DNA from: Perkinsus chesapeaki ATCC PRA-425
Taxonomy: Eukaryota; Protista; Perkinsozoa
DNA: 64,000 bases
Assembly (NCBI GenBank): GCA_013115145.1
Contig: JAAPAO010000068.1
Location: forward strand, 30,851-94,850
Direction: 5' to 3'
Shown here: positions 22,047 through 33,247 of the stretch, one piece after another
Layout: every line of letters begins with the position of its first letter
How positions within the stretch are numbered: position 1 is the first letter of the stretch
Notes under the pieces: generated by a model
The model's input: the letters and a program-made list of their open reading frames with translations, nothing else
Told to the model about the DNA's origin: nothing
The model's database searches: none
Position numbers and translations under genes: made by a program

Positions 22047-23372
22047 TCAGGGATCCATATACATGTAATAAGCTGTAATTTTACATGATGCAGAACACCG
22101 ACGCCTTTTGAAGGCGCGCCCCGCTGTATGCCACGTAGGCCTATATGCCCTTGGGAAAGTTAGCCGACTACTAGTTGATCTCACGTAAGACACAACACTG
22201 CTGCTGTCTTCGTTTAGCTCTAGTTCTTCATCTTCATCATCTTCATCTTCATCATCTTCATCTTCATCTTCCTCGTCATCATCTTCACTGTCTTCATCGT
22301 CATCGCTGTGTTCATCGGAGTCCATATCATATTCATTATAGCCTTCGTTATAGACGTAGGAGGCTCTGTTGGGGCGGGCGGAGTCACTGGGCAGTGACGC
22401 ACTATATAGAATATCTTTTCCACCGTAGACCATCTGACGACACTTGCTGTAGTAAGTATCATACAGCTTGGCTTTGGGACCGAAATGCTTCGTCGGAGGG
22501 TGGTACACATGCATATAGGCATCGATTTCGACTTCGACTCGCCTGAACGTCCGAGTCCTCAAAGCCAGCATATCATCGCCGATAGGATAAACGTCGCAGA
22601 CGTGTTCGGAACCAGAGTACCCCGGAGGGGCTAGCTGCTCATTTGACACTTCTCGAAAGCAGAGAGGCTCCATTCGGTGCCTCATCGAAATCTTCAGCAG
22701 CCTCCATGTATTAGCGCGCGCGCTGCCAACCACCATGACGCTCAACGGGTCCTTAGAATCAGCTACTAGGGAGCAGCCTGTGAGCGGGGTGGACTCGGAA
22801 GACCATATCAACTTGGCTTGTGCAGATTCACCTATGGCTTCACGGTCGATACAGAAAAGTCTATTGTTGCCAAGCAAGATAAAAACGAAAACTTTGGTGA
22901 GGAGCATGCTTGTGGGTTCTGGACGGGATGCATGGTGTTCAATTAAGCCGTGAACTTTGATGGTAGATTTGGATTTAGGTCCGACTGATAAATCGTACTG
23001 GTTGAGCTTCCGCATATCATCATGTAGAATAAACAAGTGGTGGTTCTTGCTGTCATAATAGTAGACTACTTCACCTTTAAAGCCAGGCTTTAAGACCATA
23101 ACTTGCTCATCTCCTTTAAGAGGCTTTTTAATATGTAAACCATTACCGGTAGGATAAACACCAAGAAGCTCTTCATTCATAACAAATACGAATGATGGTG
23201 CCGCGCTTGCCAGAATCTCCTCTCGTGGACAGTCCAGTGTGAGTTCCCTCTTTCCAAGGTGTGGGGCGAACTCGTGAAGCATATCCGGCAGAGGGCCATT
23301 CCCAGCAGCCTTTTCGAGCATCTTATTGAACAAGCGCAGCTCTAGTGCCATAACATGTGGAGGCAGTCTCAT
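22047..23372 (-). CDS. Tandem family copy 2 (with D/E-rich insert)
   Basis: 441-aa ORF with the family N-terminal block. Confidence 0.85.
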   Translation of the reverse strand: MRLPPHVMALELRLFNKMLEKAAGNGPLPDMLHEFAPHLGKRELTLDCPREEILASAAPSFVFVMNEELLGVYPTGNGLHIKKPLKGDEQVMVLKPGFKGEVVYYYDSKNHHLFILHDDMRKLNQYDLSVGPKSKSTIKVHGLIEHHASRPEPTSMLLTKVFVFILLGNNRLFCIDREAIGESAQAKLIWSSESTPLTGCSLVADSKDPLSVMVVGSARANTWRLLKISMRHRMEPLCFREVSNEQLAPPGYSGSEHVCDVYPIGDDMLALRTRTFRRVEVEIDAYMHVYHPPTKHFGPKAKLYDTYYSKCRQMVYGGKDILYSASLPSDSARPNRASYVYNEGYNEYDMDSDEHSDDDEDSEDDDEEDEDEDDEDEDDEDEELELNEDSSSVVSYVRSTSSRLTFPRAYRPTWHTAGRAFKRRRCSASCKITAYYMYMDP

Positions 23373-23694
23373 TGTAAGGGGTTAAGATTTGTCTATTGGC
23401 TGAAATGAGAAGCTTGGAAATGCATCCGGGACATCGCGAAGAATATCAGACATAACGTGAAGTCTACCAGTCGCTAACATCCGCTACTAGTGATAGCTGA
23501 GCACTATGTGTGACTAAAGCACTGTCCGCTCCTAGCCAGGTCGACCGCTTGCATAGGTTCCACCAACTCAACAAGCTATTAAGCATAATGAAAGTCATAA
23601 AAGTACAGCCATTGAATTGTAATGAACCCATACAATACCCCTTAAGGCTCAGGGTTAGGCTACAGTAGGATGATAACGTGCATCTTCAAAGCCA

Positions 23695-24804
23695 CTAGTC
23701 CTTGTACACGTAATACGTTGTTATCTTGCACGACGAGGCCTGTCGCTGCCTTTTGTTAGGGCAACCATTGTTGCCAGCGAATCCTGGGTAATCACGCGCT
23801 CGAGTCAACTGAGCAGCGGTATCTCCTACAGCGAGAGAATAAATAATATCGTTTCCGCCGCAGACCACTTGCTTAGTCTTGTTGTAGTAGCCGTCAAATG
23901 CCCCGGAGGCGGGACCCAAGACTTTAAGGGAGGAATCGATGAAGTGAAGATTAAGCCCTACACGGGTACCACCGAGAGATAGCATTGTCGCCACGATTAA
24001 GTCACTGGACAGGGGAAAGATGTGAAGGACTCTGTGGGCGACGTCCACGTCGGTAGCCGGCGCCATTTCGTCGCTCACCGCACGGAAATAAAGGGGATCT
24101 TTTCGGTACTTCAACTCGAAGCGTATTCGCGTCCACCTGTAGTCCGAAGCGAAGCCCAGTAAAGTAACACCGAGGGCATCACTTCCATGGAGTGACAAGC
24201 AGCACTCGCTAAGACCATCGCCTTCGGCGCACCAAATACTTCTGGCCTGCGCGTAGCTACCTACATCTGCACGATCGACACAGAACAACCGATCGGACGT
24301 ATCCAGTATGAAAAAGAATTCGTCAGTGCAGATCATCTGAGGCTTCCGTCCAGTCAACCCGTCGCAGTCTTTATGGAGACCATGGACATCAATGCTGGAA
24401 ATGGCCTCAGGTTCAGCTGATAAGTCGTACTGGTGGAGCTTCCGCATATCATCATGTAGAATAAACAAGTGGTTGTTCTTGCTGTCATAATAGTAGACTG
24501 CTTCACCTTTAAAGCCAGGCTTTAAGACCATAACTTGCTCAACTCCTTTAAAAGGCTTTTTAATATGTAAACCATTACCGGTAGGATAAACACCAAGAAG
24601 CTCTTCATTCATAACAAATACGAATGATGGTGATGGACTAACTAGAATCTCCTCTCGTGGACAGTCTAGTGTGAGTTCCCTCTTTCCGAGGTGTGGGGCG
24701 AACTCGTGAAGCATATCCGGCGGAGGGCCATTCCCAGCAGCCTTTTCGAGCATCTTGTGGAATAGGCGTAGCTCTAGTGCCATAACATGTGGAGGCAGTC
24801 TCAT
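23695..24804 (-). CDS. Tandem family copy 3
   Basis: 369-aa ORF; the first ~130 aa are nearly identical to copy 2. Confidence 0.85.
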   Translation of the reverse strand: MRLPPHVMALELRLFHKMLEKAAGNGPPPDMLHEFAPHLGKRELTLDCPREEILVSPSPSFVFVMNEELLGVYPTGNGLHIKKPFKGVEQVMVLKPGFKGEAVYYYDSKNNHLFILHDDMRKLHQYDLSAEPEAISSIDVHGLHKDCDGLTGRKPQMICTDEFFFILDTSDRLFCVDRADVGSYAQARSIWCAEGDGLSECCLSLHGSDALGVTLLGFASDYRWTRIRFELKYRKDPLYFRAVSDEMAPATDVDVAHRVLHIFPLSSDLIVATMLSLGGTRVGLNLHFIDSSLKVLGPASGAFDGYYNKTKQVVCGGNDIIYSLAVGDTAAQLTRARDYPGFAGNNGCPNKRQRQASSCKITTYYVYKD

Positions 24805-25085
24805 TATTCAGATGATAGGAGTAGCCGACTACAACCGGAACTTCACGAATAAGCAACGAACAATTCTAAACGATTTACATTTCCTGAAGGTTCGGAGGCG
24901 ACTGTTCAAGAAATCTCTTAATGCTGTCAAACCCGTCGCTGAAGGCAAAGAAAAATCTATTGCTAGCCGTGGAAACTCGGGGGGTCATTTGACACCGATG
25001 GCGCCTTTGCACAGCGCTAGTAACTCAACAGGGATTGATGTAGAAAAATATTGGTACCGTAACTTATCGCTTCCTAATTCAAATA

Positions 25086-26207
25086 TTATCTATAAACGTA
25101 GCAAGTGGCGACTCGACACCCTGTGGAGAATTCTATTCGATCAAGTCGAGACTCGGCAGTCTCAGCAGCATCAGGATCGAAGTCATCCGGTATATAGCAC
25201 TCAGCCAAAGTGTTGTCCTCTCTGCGAAGGTAGATCAAATCTCCCGGGCCCAGTACGATCTGCATGCCCTGTACCTTGATATAGTCACTGGTGGTGAGGC
25301 TGAGGGCCTTTCCCATAGGGCGCAGAGACCGACTATAAAGTGTGAGACAGCAGTTGATTTCTCCAGGTCGTCGGCTGACCACTCCGTAGAACAGGCCGTC
25401 TACATCGATAACCAATATTATATCCGCGGCTCTACCGTTATTTACCAAGACCAAATTGAAGTCGTCAACAGCATAGTCAAAATACAAAGGACACTTCCGC
25501 CTTTTCAACTTCAAAGTGTGGACAGAGTTCCGGTTGTAGCCAAGCATGACCACTTTTATCGCTTCGGGATCATTGGGAACCGACAGCAACATCCGCCTGG
25601 TGCCATTTTCCGAGTTGTAAACGAGCTTGGCTTGAGCAGTCTCACGGATGTCTGAGCGATCGATACAGAAGAGATGGCCCGATGAAAAGAGGATAAAGAC
25701 GAACTCGTCGGTGAGCTTCATGTCCAAGGGAGATTTGCTGGACGTCGAGCCCCGTGGTAATCCGAGGACTTCACTCGAAACACCGTTGCCTGCTAGCCCA
25801 TCTGCGAGGTTATACTGTATCAGCTTGCGGTTGCCTTCGCAGAGGATATATAGCTGGCGCTTCTCGACGTTATAGTAGTGAACGGACATGTCTTTAAAAG
25901 CAGGTTGTAATACCATCACCTCCTCACCTCTCTCAAGAGGCTTTCTAATATATACACCAGTAGGAGTAGGATAAACACCAAGAAGCTCTTCATTCATAAC
26001 AAATATAAATGATGGTGATGGACTAACCAGAATCTCCTCTCGTGGACAGTCTAGTGTGCAGTCCCGAGTTCCCAAGAACTCCGTATAAGGCTCGCCGACT
26101 TCCGGTAGCGCTCCGAGCCTGCCCGACTTCTCCAAAAGAACCTCGAACACCCGATGCTCCAACGCCATTACGTGAGCGGGCGTCTTCATAATCAATAACG
26201 CTCGCAA
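25086..26207 (-). CDS. Tandem family copy 4 (likely start MKTPAH)
   Basis: 373-aa ORF with the family block. Confidence 0.85.
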   Translation of the reverse strand: MRALLIMKTPAHVMALEHRVFEVLLEKSGRLGALPEVGEPYTEFLGTRDCTLDCPREEILVSPSPSFIFVMNEELLGVYPTPTGVYIRKPLERGEEVMVLQPAFKDMSVHYYNVEKRQLYILCEGNRKLIQYNLADGLAGNGVSSEVLGLPRGSTSSKSPLDMKLTDEFVFILFSSGHLFCIDRSDIRETAQAKLVYNSENGTRRMLLSVPNDPEAIKVVMLGYNRNSVHTLKLKRRKCPLYFDYAVDDFNLVLVNNGRAADIILVIDVDGLFYGVVSRRPGEINCCLTLYSRSLRPMGKALSLTTSDYIKVQGMQIVLGPGDLIYLRREDNTLAECYIPDDFDPDAAETAESRLDRIEFSTGCRVATCYVYR

Positions 26208-27353
26208 ACTAAAAAACCAAGTGTAGCGTAGCTCTGTTTACACTGACTATGGCGAGAGCACGATCGCCTTCATGTCAGAGACGCTACCACAAAAATTGGC
26301 AGCATTCCAGAAAACTGGCATCTCTCGACTCGATTGTTCAATAGCAAAGCTTTGAGGCTCAAATCAAGCAGATCTCCCAATGAACGACGACAGGTAGCTA
26401 ATCCGCATCTGTGGTCGGTAGACTAGCCTCACCGATCCGCCAAGGAAACACAATAGCTGCTCATCTGGGGATGAAACTATTAATAAGAGACCATGCAGGA
26501 GGGAGAGTACTGCACAAGCCCGATTGACGGGGAAGTTGCTTTGCAAACCTGTCGGGACTGTGAGCGATCTTGTTGATCCCAGCAACCCTCACCTCAGTAT
26601 CAGGCCTTGTATGATAATACGAAACCAAATCCGGAATTACTCCGGCGGAGTAATCCATCACTGTTATCAATTAAGACAGAATAAAGCTATCGGAAGATCT
26701 GTTGCTCGCTTCAGGCCACTGTGTCCGATTCCTCATCAATACTTTCGAGAGGTAAAAACGCAGTACCTCCGTGGCAACATAGAATTATCGCTACTACTAG
26801 AAGATTGAATATTTCTTTGGCCGACTACAAGTCTCGCAATTCTACGGTTTCATCGTCAAGTGTGTCATATTGTTCACTCACCACCGCTCAAGTACGACAG
26901 CACAGAAGACTACAACGTCCTTAGTCTTGCGAGGACTTCGCTAGTGCGTGTTGTAGTTCCTTCTTTGTTAGCTGCGCTAGCTGGATGTCAAACGTAAGCA
27001 AACAAGTATACGGGAGCCGGAAAGTAAAAGAATTACAAGGGGACCAGATACAGTGGAGAGGTAGAGGCAGCTAATTGGGTTGCTGACCGCCTCACGGCGC
27101 GCGTGGCATGGTAGGGGTGCGCGGCTGAGTAGCGCCTATACCGGCTCCCCAGGCTTCTTATCATATTTTATCTGTGCCACTCAGACTAGGTAGTAGTAAT
27201 GCGATGACGTTATCAACCAATACAGAAACATTAACACTATAATGCTAGTACAAATAGAATGACTTTAATCGATCGTATGGCCATTGAAAATACAACGCAC
27301 CAGCAACATGGAAAGCTGCCAATTAAAAAAGTAACAAATATCTACAACCGTCC

Positions 27354-28508
27354 TCACGACACCATATAGGGATAATAGACGCTGATTCGCTTCGATTGTT
27401 CCCTACCAACATAGTCTCGCACCGTTTCCACCATATCTACTGTGTCGTGGTCGCTAACATAACTCCCCTCGCTGTCAGAGCTCCACTCGTCCTCAGGCAT
27501 AAATGACGGCGAGAAGGAGCTGTCATCTCGGAGGATATAAATGACGCCGTTCGGACCAGATACTATTTGCATGTCCCTCGCATCCACGTACTCCGGTGAT
27601 AGGATGACCGGATCCCCGATGAACCGGAACATCCTATCCCGCAGCTCAAGCCAGCACTCCCGAGGCCTACCGTCCACGTTGTGATAGGTGGCTAATGCAT
27701 AGATATTATCGTCAATAGGGTAGACCATACAGAGCCGAGCGCCGAAGGGGTCATCATGGTAGAGGTCGTGGGCCTGGTGTGGACGCTCCTTGAAATAGAG
27801 AGGGGCCCGGCGACTTTTCATCCTCAAACGCACCACAGTGACACCGGTACGATTTCTCAACAGGACACGGAGGCCCTTCGGATACGTCGGGCTCACCAAC
27901 AGCTGCTCGGCCCGGAATCTGGCACGCCCATTGGACCATATGAGATGGGCCTGCACACTCCTCCGGGGATGAGAGCGATCGATGCAGAATACATGGCGAA
28001 AACCGAACAGAGTGAAAATGAAGGGGCCGCTGCAGACCATCTGGAGGGCACTCCGCCTGTAGTCGGAGGCCCTGGGCAAGCCGAGCACCTCCATGATCGG
28101 ATGTGGCGGTCTATCAGGTTGAAGCTTGTAGTGGATCAATCCACGGTTACGATTGCACAGCACCACCAGGCATTTGCGCTTGCTGTCATAGTAGTAGACG
28201 GCATTACCTTTAAAACCAGGTTGTAATACCATAACCTCCTCACCTCTCTCAAGAGGCTTTCTAATATATACACCAGTAGGAGTAGGATAAACACCAAGAA
28301 GCTCTTCATCCATAACAAATATAAATGATGGTGATGGACTAACCAGAATCTCCTCTCGTGGACAGTCTAGTGTGCAGTCCCGAATTCCCAAGAACTCCGT
28401 ATAAGGCTCGCCGACCAGCTCTGTCACCGCACTGCCTCCACCGCGTGACTCCAATACGGCCTCGAACAGCCGCAGATCCAGCGCCAACGCATGAGACGGC
28501 AATATCAT
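27354..28508 (-). CDS. Tandem family copy 5
   Basis: 384-aa ORF with the family block. Confidence 0.85.
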   Translation of the reverse strand: MILPSHALALDLRLFEAVLESRGGGSAVTELVGEPYTEFLGIRDCTLDCPREEILVSPSPSFIFVMDEELLGVYPTPTGVYIRKPLERGEEVMVLQPGFKGNAVYYYDSKRKCLVVLCNRNRGLIHYKLQPDRPPHPIMEVLGLPRASDYRRSALQMVCSGPFIFTLFGFRHVFCIDRSHPRRSVQAHLIWSNGRARFRAEQLLVSPTYPKGLRVLLRNRTGVTVVRLRMKSRRAPLYFKERPHQAHDLYHDDPFGARLCMVYPIDDNIYALATYHNVDGRPRECWLELRDRMFRFIGDPVILSPEYVDARDMQIVSGPNGVIYILRDDSSFSPSFMPEDEWSSDSEGSYVSDHDTVDMVETVRDYVGREQSKRISVYYPYMVS

Positions 28509-29002
28509 TTATAAGCCCCTCCTACACAGTAGCTCATCGGTATTAGTAGTGCGCCATACAACAATCCCGAGAAATTATGCCCCGATGCCCCGATGATGAC
28601 AATGAAATGATTGTTCGGAAGGAGGTAGAGCAGAAAGCTGTACGTGATTAAGCTCTAATAGTTGCATCTGACGCTCCTCCGACTGCCATCGCATCATACG
28701 ACAATTTATTCCAAAACGAACGCGACTTCCCTGAGATTACTACCACACACAGTTCTGCAAGGAGCATTGCTGCCTTATGGCCTCCAATCAAAGGAGTTTC
28801 TCTTGCCATAATCCATCTGCCTCTAATGAGATCCAAGTCGAGTATAAAGAATTACCCGACATCTGTGGCCACGGTCGGCTATATACACGAGCCGGTCCGG
28901 CAAACTCCTAGGCTCTTCGCCAGCTCGCCTACAATAAGTACGCGAGCAACCGAAGAGCATTTCACAATAACTCAAGGGAAGATGAGGGAAACTGAAATAA
29001 CA

Positions 29003-30142
29003 TCAATACGTGTGATATACCGTCAACCGCATTGGATCCTCGAGAGGAAGCATTTCTGAAACAGACGTGTCGATAGAGCTCACCGACTCGTCATCGCCAG
29101 CCTCGATGAACCGCCGCTGTACTCGAAAGGACGTATCCCTCCGAAGCACATAGACCACATCCCCAAAACCGCAAATCACTTCCATATCGGAGACTTCCCT
29201 ATGATCTTCAGCCACCTTCGTTGCGAAGCCGATCCTCCTAGAACTGCTATCCACCAGTTGAAGCTCACAACTTCTCCTATTAGAGTAGCGGGATGCTGTA
29301 CGATAAACCATTCCTAGTATGCCATACTCCAGCGGCACCACAGTCATCAACTTGTACGATTGTCCGGCTCCAGGCCATGGTACTTCCGACAGCTCCTCAA
29401 AGCAGCGCTTGCCCCCTTTATCGACGAGACGGAGGTCGACTATATTGATACCGAAGTACCCTAGAACAAGCACTCGGACACGGCGGGGATCGGAGGGGTT
29501 GAGGACCAAACGTTCGCAACGATCAGGGTTGTAGCAACCTCGCCAGCCACGATAAGCTTCAACGGTATCATGAACGGTCTGTCGATCGATGTAGAAGAGA
29601 TCGCCGAGCGGTGTTAAGATGTAGATGAAGTCTGTATTCGCAGCCATATCTAGTTTACGGCTCCGACACAGCCAAGGATCCGGCATGCCGGACACCTCGG
29701 AGACTTGCCCAGGTCGATCAGTTGCTTGTATATCGTATATTATCAACTCACGGTTATCCTCACATAAAACAAATAGTCTATATTCAATAGTATGATAATA
29801 ATAGATACCTTTACCTTCAAATCCAGGCTGTAATACAACACCCTCGTCACCCTGTACCAGAGGCTTTCTTATATTCAAACCGGTAGGGGTAGGGTAGACC
29901 CCATAGAGCTCATCGTTCATAATAAATATAAAAACCGGTGGTGGTGTCAAAAGCAGCGTGGCACTGACGTAGCTCAATGCGAGTTCCCTCCTTCTCAGTA
30001 CATTACAGAACTCCTTAAAAACTCCCGACAGGACGCCGTCTCGGCCGCGCCTCTGCATCAGCTCCATGAAGACGCTTACTTCCAGCGCTAAGACGTGACC
30101 AGGAGATTTCATAAAGGGAAACTGACGGCAAGCGTAAGTCAC
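29003..30142 (-). CDS. Tandem family copy 6 (likely start MKSPGH)
   Basis: 379-aa ORF with the family block (FIMNDELYGVYPT...VLQPGFEGKGIYYY). Confidence 0.85.
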   Translation of the reverse strand: MTYACRQFPFMKSPGHVLALEVSVFMELMQRRGRDGVLSGVFKEFCNVLRRRELALSYVSATLLLTPPPVFIFIMNDELYGVYPTPTGLNIRKPLVQGDEGVVLQPGFEGKGIYYYHTIEYRLFVLCEDNRELIIYDIQATDRPGQVSEVSGMPDPWLCRSRKLDMAANTDFIYILTPLGDLFYIDRQTVHDTVEAYRGWRGCYNPDRCERLVLNPSDPRRVRVLVLGYFGINIVDLRLVDKGGKRCFEELSEVPWPGAGQSYKLMTVVPLEYGILGMVYRTASRYSNRRSCELQLVDSSSRRIGFATKVAEDHREVSDMEVICGFGDVVYVLRRDTSFRVQRRFIEAGDDESVSSIDTSVSEMLPLEDPMRLTVYHTY

Positions 30143-30210
30143 CCTCCAGCCACCTTCACCTTAACTAAACAGCTACAGGCTACAAAGCCTAGGAAACTCT
30201 CATGACACTT

Positions 30211-31365
30211 CTAAGGAGAGTACCAAGTACCAACGTAGACGGCCAGTCTCTTGGGGTCATCAGGGCAGACGTCAGATATTATAGTGTCGGAGGACTTAAC
30301 TCGCTTCAACTCCAGATTGACATCCTTTTCCTCATAACGAGGCTGCTCTCCGAAAGATGTGTCCCTCCTTATTACGAATAAATGGTCACCGAAGCCTTCC
30401 AAGATCTGCATGTGATGAACCTCTTTACTGTCCTGCGCCACAGCGAGGCTATAGTAATCACTCCTTCGCAGTGAACTGTTGGTGAGGGAAAGATCGCAAA
30501 CGACTTTGCTACACATATATGTCCGTCTACGCGTCACCACGCCATAAATATGATGAGAAATCGGTATGACCGACACCAACGGTTCCAACAGATCGCCCCA
30601 GTGCACTTTAGACTCCGGGTAGGAGCCGTACCGCGGCTCTCGTCTCATCGAGTCGCTTTGGTCGTCCAACAGAACGTCGACAATGTGTATTGTGTCGCGA
30701 TCTATAGTCAGTACCTTAACCTTATGAGGGTACACGGGGCTCACTAGAAGGTGGTCACAACGACCTATTACTCCGCCAGCAGACCAGACCAGGAGGGCAT
30801 GACAGGAGCCACCTCTCACACTATTACGCTGAATGACGAAGAGGTGGCCAGTCGAAATGAGGATCAAAATGTGTTGGTCGGTGGCAGCCATATCGAACTT
30901 CTTACTGTAGCACTGTGACACGGTGGGCATGCCGGACACCTCGGAGACTTGCCCCGGTCGATCAGTTGCTTGTATATCGTATATTATCAACTTACGGTTA
31001 TCCTCACATAAAACAAATAGTCTATATTCAATAGTATGATAATAATAGATACCTTTACCTTCAAATCCAGGCTGTAATACAACACCCTCCGGTTCTCGTG
31101 CCATCAGCGTCTTTACAGCCACACCGGTAGCGGCAGGATAAGCTCCATAAAGCACATCATTCATTACATACGCGACCGATGGCGGTGGACTCAGTACAAT
31201 CTCACAGGCCAGTTTCTTAAAGACGAGCTTCCTCCTTGACATATAGGAGAAGAAACCCTCAAAGATTCCCGAGAGGTTACTAGACTGACCACGCTTATCT
31301 AGTACCTCCTCGAATATCCCCAATTCGAGAGCCAAAACATGTGCTGGAGTCCTCATTAAATCCAC
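30211..31365 (-). CDS. Tandem family copy 7
   Basis: 384-aa ORF with the family block. Confidence 0.85.
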   Translation of the reverse strand: MDLMRTPAHVLALELGIFEEVLDKRGQSSNLSGIFEGFFSYMSRRKLVFKKLACEIVLSPPPSVAYVMNDVLYGAYPAATGVAVKTLMAREPEGVVLQPGFEGKGIYYYHTIEYRLFVLCEDNRKLIIYDIQATDRPGQVSEVSGMPTVSQCYSKKFDMAATDQHILILISTGHLFVIQRNSVRGGSCHALLVWSAGGVIGRCDHLLVSPVYPHKVKVLTIDRDTIHIVDVLLDDQSDSMRREPRYGSYPESKVHWGDLLEPLVSVIPISHHIYGVVTRRRTYMCSKVVCDLSLTNSSLRRSDYYSLAVAQDSKEVHHMQILEGFGDHLFVIRRDTSFGEQPRYEEKDVNLELKRVKSSDTIISDVCPDDPKRLAVYVGTWYSP

Positions 31366-31647
31366 GACTAAAAATCAACTCAGAGCTGCAGCACCCTCAT
31401 AGAAGAATCAAACCCATAGTACCGACCAGAAACCAGATTTGGCATCTCCGGTTGAGCCATCACCTTATCCGACACTTCCATTATAGACCGACTGCCAATC
31501 CGTCGGTGGCAGGAAATTGACAGGCTTCACCAGACACCCTGGGCATCCTCATCCGCCCCGAAATCCGAATAAGGCACACATTAGGTCAGCTCCGATAACG
31601 AATTGAACCAACTCAAATCCTAACTAGTTCAAAAGTACTGAGACATG

Positions 31648-32770
31648 CTATTGAGAGGGACAATACCAGTGCACAGTGTACACGGCGAGCCTCTTAGGAT
31701 CATCAGGACACACATCGGAGATGATACTATCTGACGATTTTATCCTTGGCAACTCCTCGTTATAATCTCTCTCGGTAAATTTCGCCTGCTCTTTAAAGGA
31801 CGTATCCATTCTTACAAAGTAGAGAGTGTCGCCTGGTCCATCCATTATCCGCATGTGATAGGCTTCCTTACCATCCATCGCCACCTCCGTAGTACAGGAG
31901 CCTATCTGACGGAAGCGACTGTCTGCCAGGCGAATGCTGCAGGTGGCTTTGCTGCTCATTGTCGACTCATCACGTATGATTACGCCAAATACACCAGGCA
32001 CTATCGGTATTACGGACGTCAGAGGCTTATCTATATCGCCGAACCACCGGATTTCGCGGTGCGGGAACACCTCATAGGGCGTGAGTCGTCGCCAACAGCG
32101 CTCATCCAGCAGAACATCGATCACGTACATTTCGTGGCGCGCTGCCGTTACAACTCTGACCTGATAGGGGTACCTCGTCCCCATTATGAGATGGTCGCAG
32201 CGGCCTAAGGTGCCATCGGTGCTCCACCAGAGGAAGGCTTGGCAAGAGTCTCGAATCCTTCCGCGCACAATATAAAAGAGATGCCCGGTTGAAATGAGAA
32301 TCGGCAGCCATGTCGAACTTGCGGTTGCAGCACTGTGACACGGTGGGCATGCCGGACACCTCTGAGACTTGCCCCGGTCGATCAGTTGCTTGTATATCGT
32401 ATATTATCAACTTACGGTTATCCTCACATAAAACAAATAGTCTATATTCAATAGAATGATAATAATAGATACCTTTACCTCTTGGGCGTAATACAACACC
32501 CTCGTCACCCTCTACCAGAGGCTTTCTTATATTCAAACCTGCGGGGGTGGGGTAGACCCCATAGAGCTCATCGTCTATCATGTACGTGTACGATGGAGCT
32601 GGACTGAGAATGAAGTCGTCAAATGATTTCGCTAGAATATGCATTCTCCTCGTCATACAGGATGAGATATCCTCAAAGATTCCAGATAGGTCACCACAGC
32701 GACCACGCCGATTCAGCAGCTCGTCAATCAGGCCCATTTCGAGGGCTAACACATGGGCAGGAGTTCTCAT
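31648..32770 (-). pseudogene. Tandem family copy 8, frameshifted
   Basis: Split over ORFs 32102-32770 and 31648-32268. Relative to copy 7, 17 nt (ACCGACCAACACATTTT) are missing after ATGGCTGCC near 32300. Confidence 0.8.
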
Positions 32771-32911
32771 TCAAGCTACTTCCGTGAAAACAAGCAAAGC
32801 GCGGAGATAGAAGAGCAAATCTTGCTATCTTGTATTTCCTCAACGAGGTAGCTTAATCGATTTGCCTGTTTGGTGTGGTTTATCCTCTAGAGTCTCTGAG
32901 AATCAGTCACC

Positions 32912-33180
32912 ATGGCCAAGTCCAAGAACCATACCAACCATAACCAGATCAAGAAGGCCCACCGTAACGGCATCAAGAAGGTAATCAAACATAATGCTCT
33001 TTTTGACGGCTTTTTCGTTGCGATTCCTTAAATAAAACCCCGCCAGTGTCGACGGTAAAAATATGACGTTGCTATTAGGCCCCTACCTACAAGAAGATGT
33101 CCACTCGCGGTATGTGCCCCAAGTTCCTGCGTAACGCCAAGTACGCTCTTAAGGGCTGCCAGAACAAGAAGTCCGAGTAA
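32912..33180 (+). CDS. RPL29: 60S ribosomal protein L29 (eL29), 2 exons
   Basis: MAKSKNHTNHNQIKKAHRNGIKK|APTYKKMSTRGMCPKFLRNAKYALKGCQNKKSE*; intron 32981-33078. Confidence 0.96.
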
Positions 33181-33247
33181 GAAGGAACTGTTGATGCATT
33201 ATTGACAATGATAATGATGATTGGTTGACGTTTCGTGGACTCGGGAC

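Noticed and set aside
26300-26930. Small gene interrupting the tandem array
   Set aside because: Splice-like signals exist, but I could not build an open multi-exon frame.
9450-32770. Functional linkage of cullin-3 with the tandem array as a ligase-adaptor cluster
   Set aside because: Cullin-3 uses BTB adaptors, no BTB is visible, and proximity alone is not evidence.
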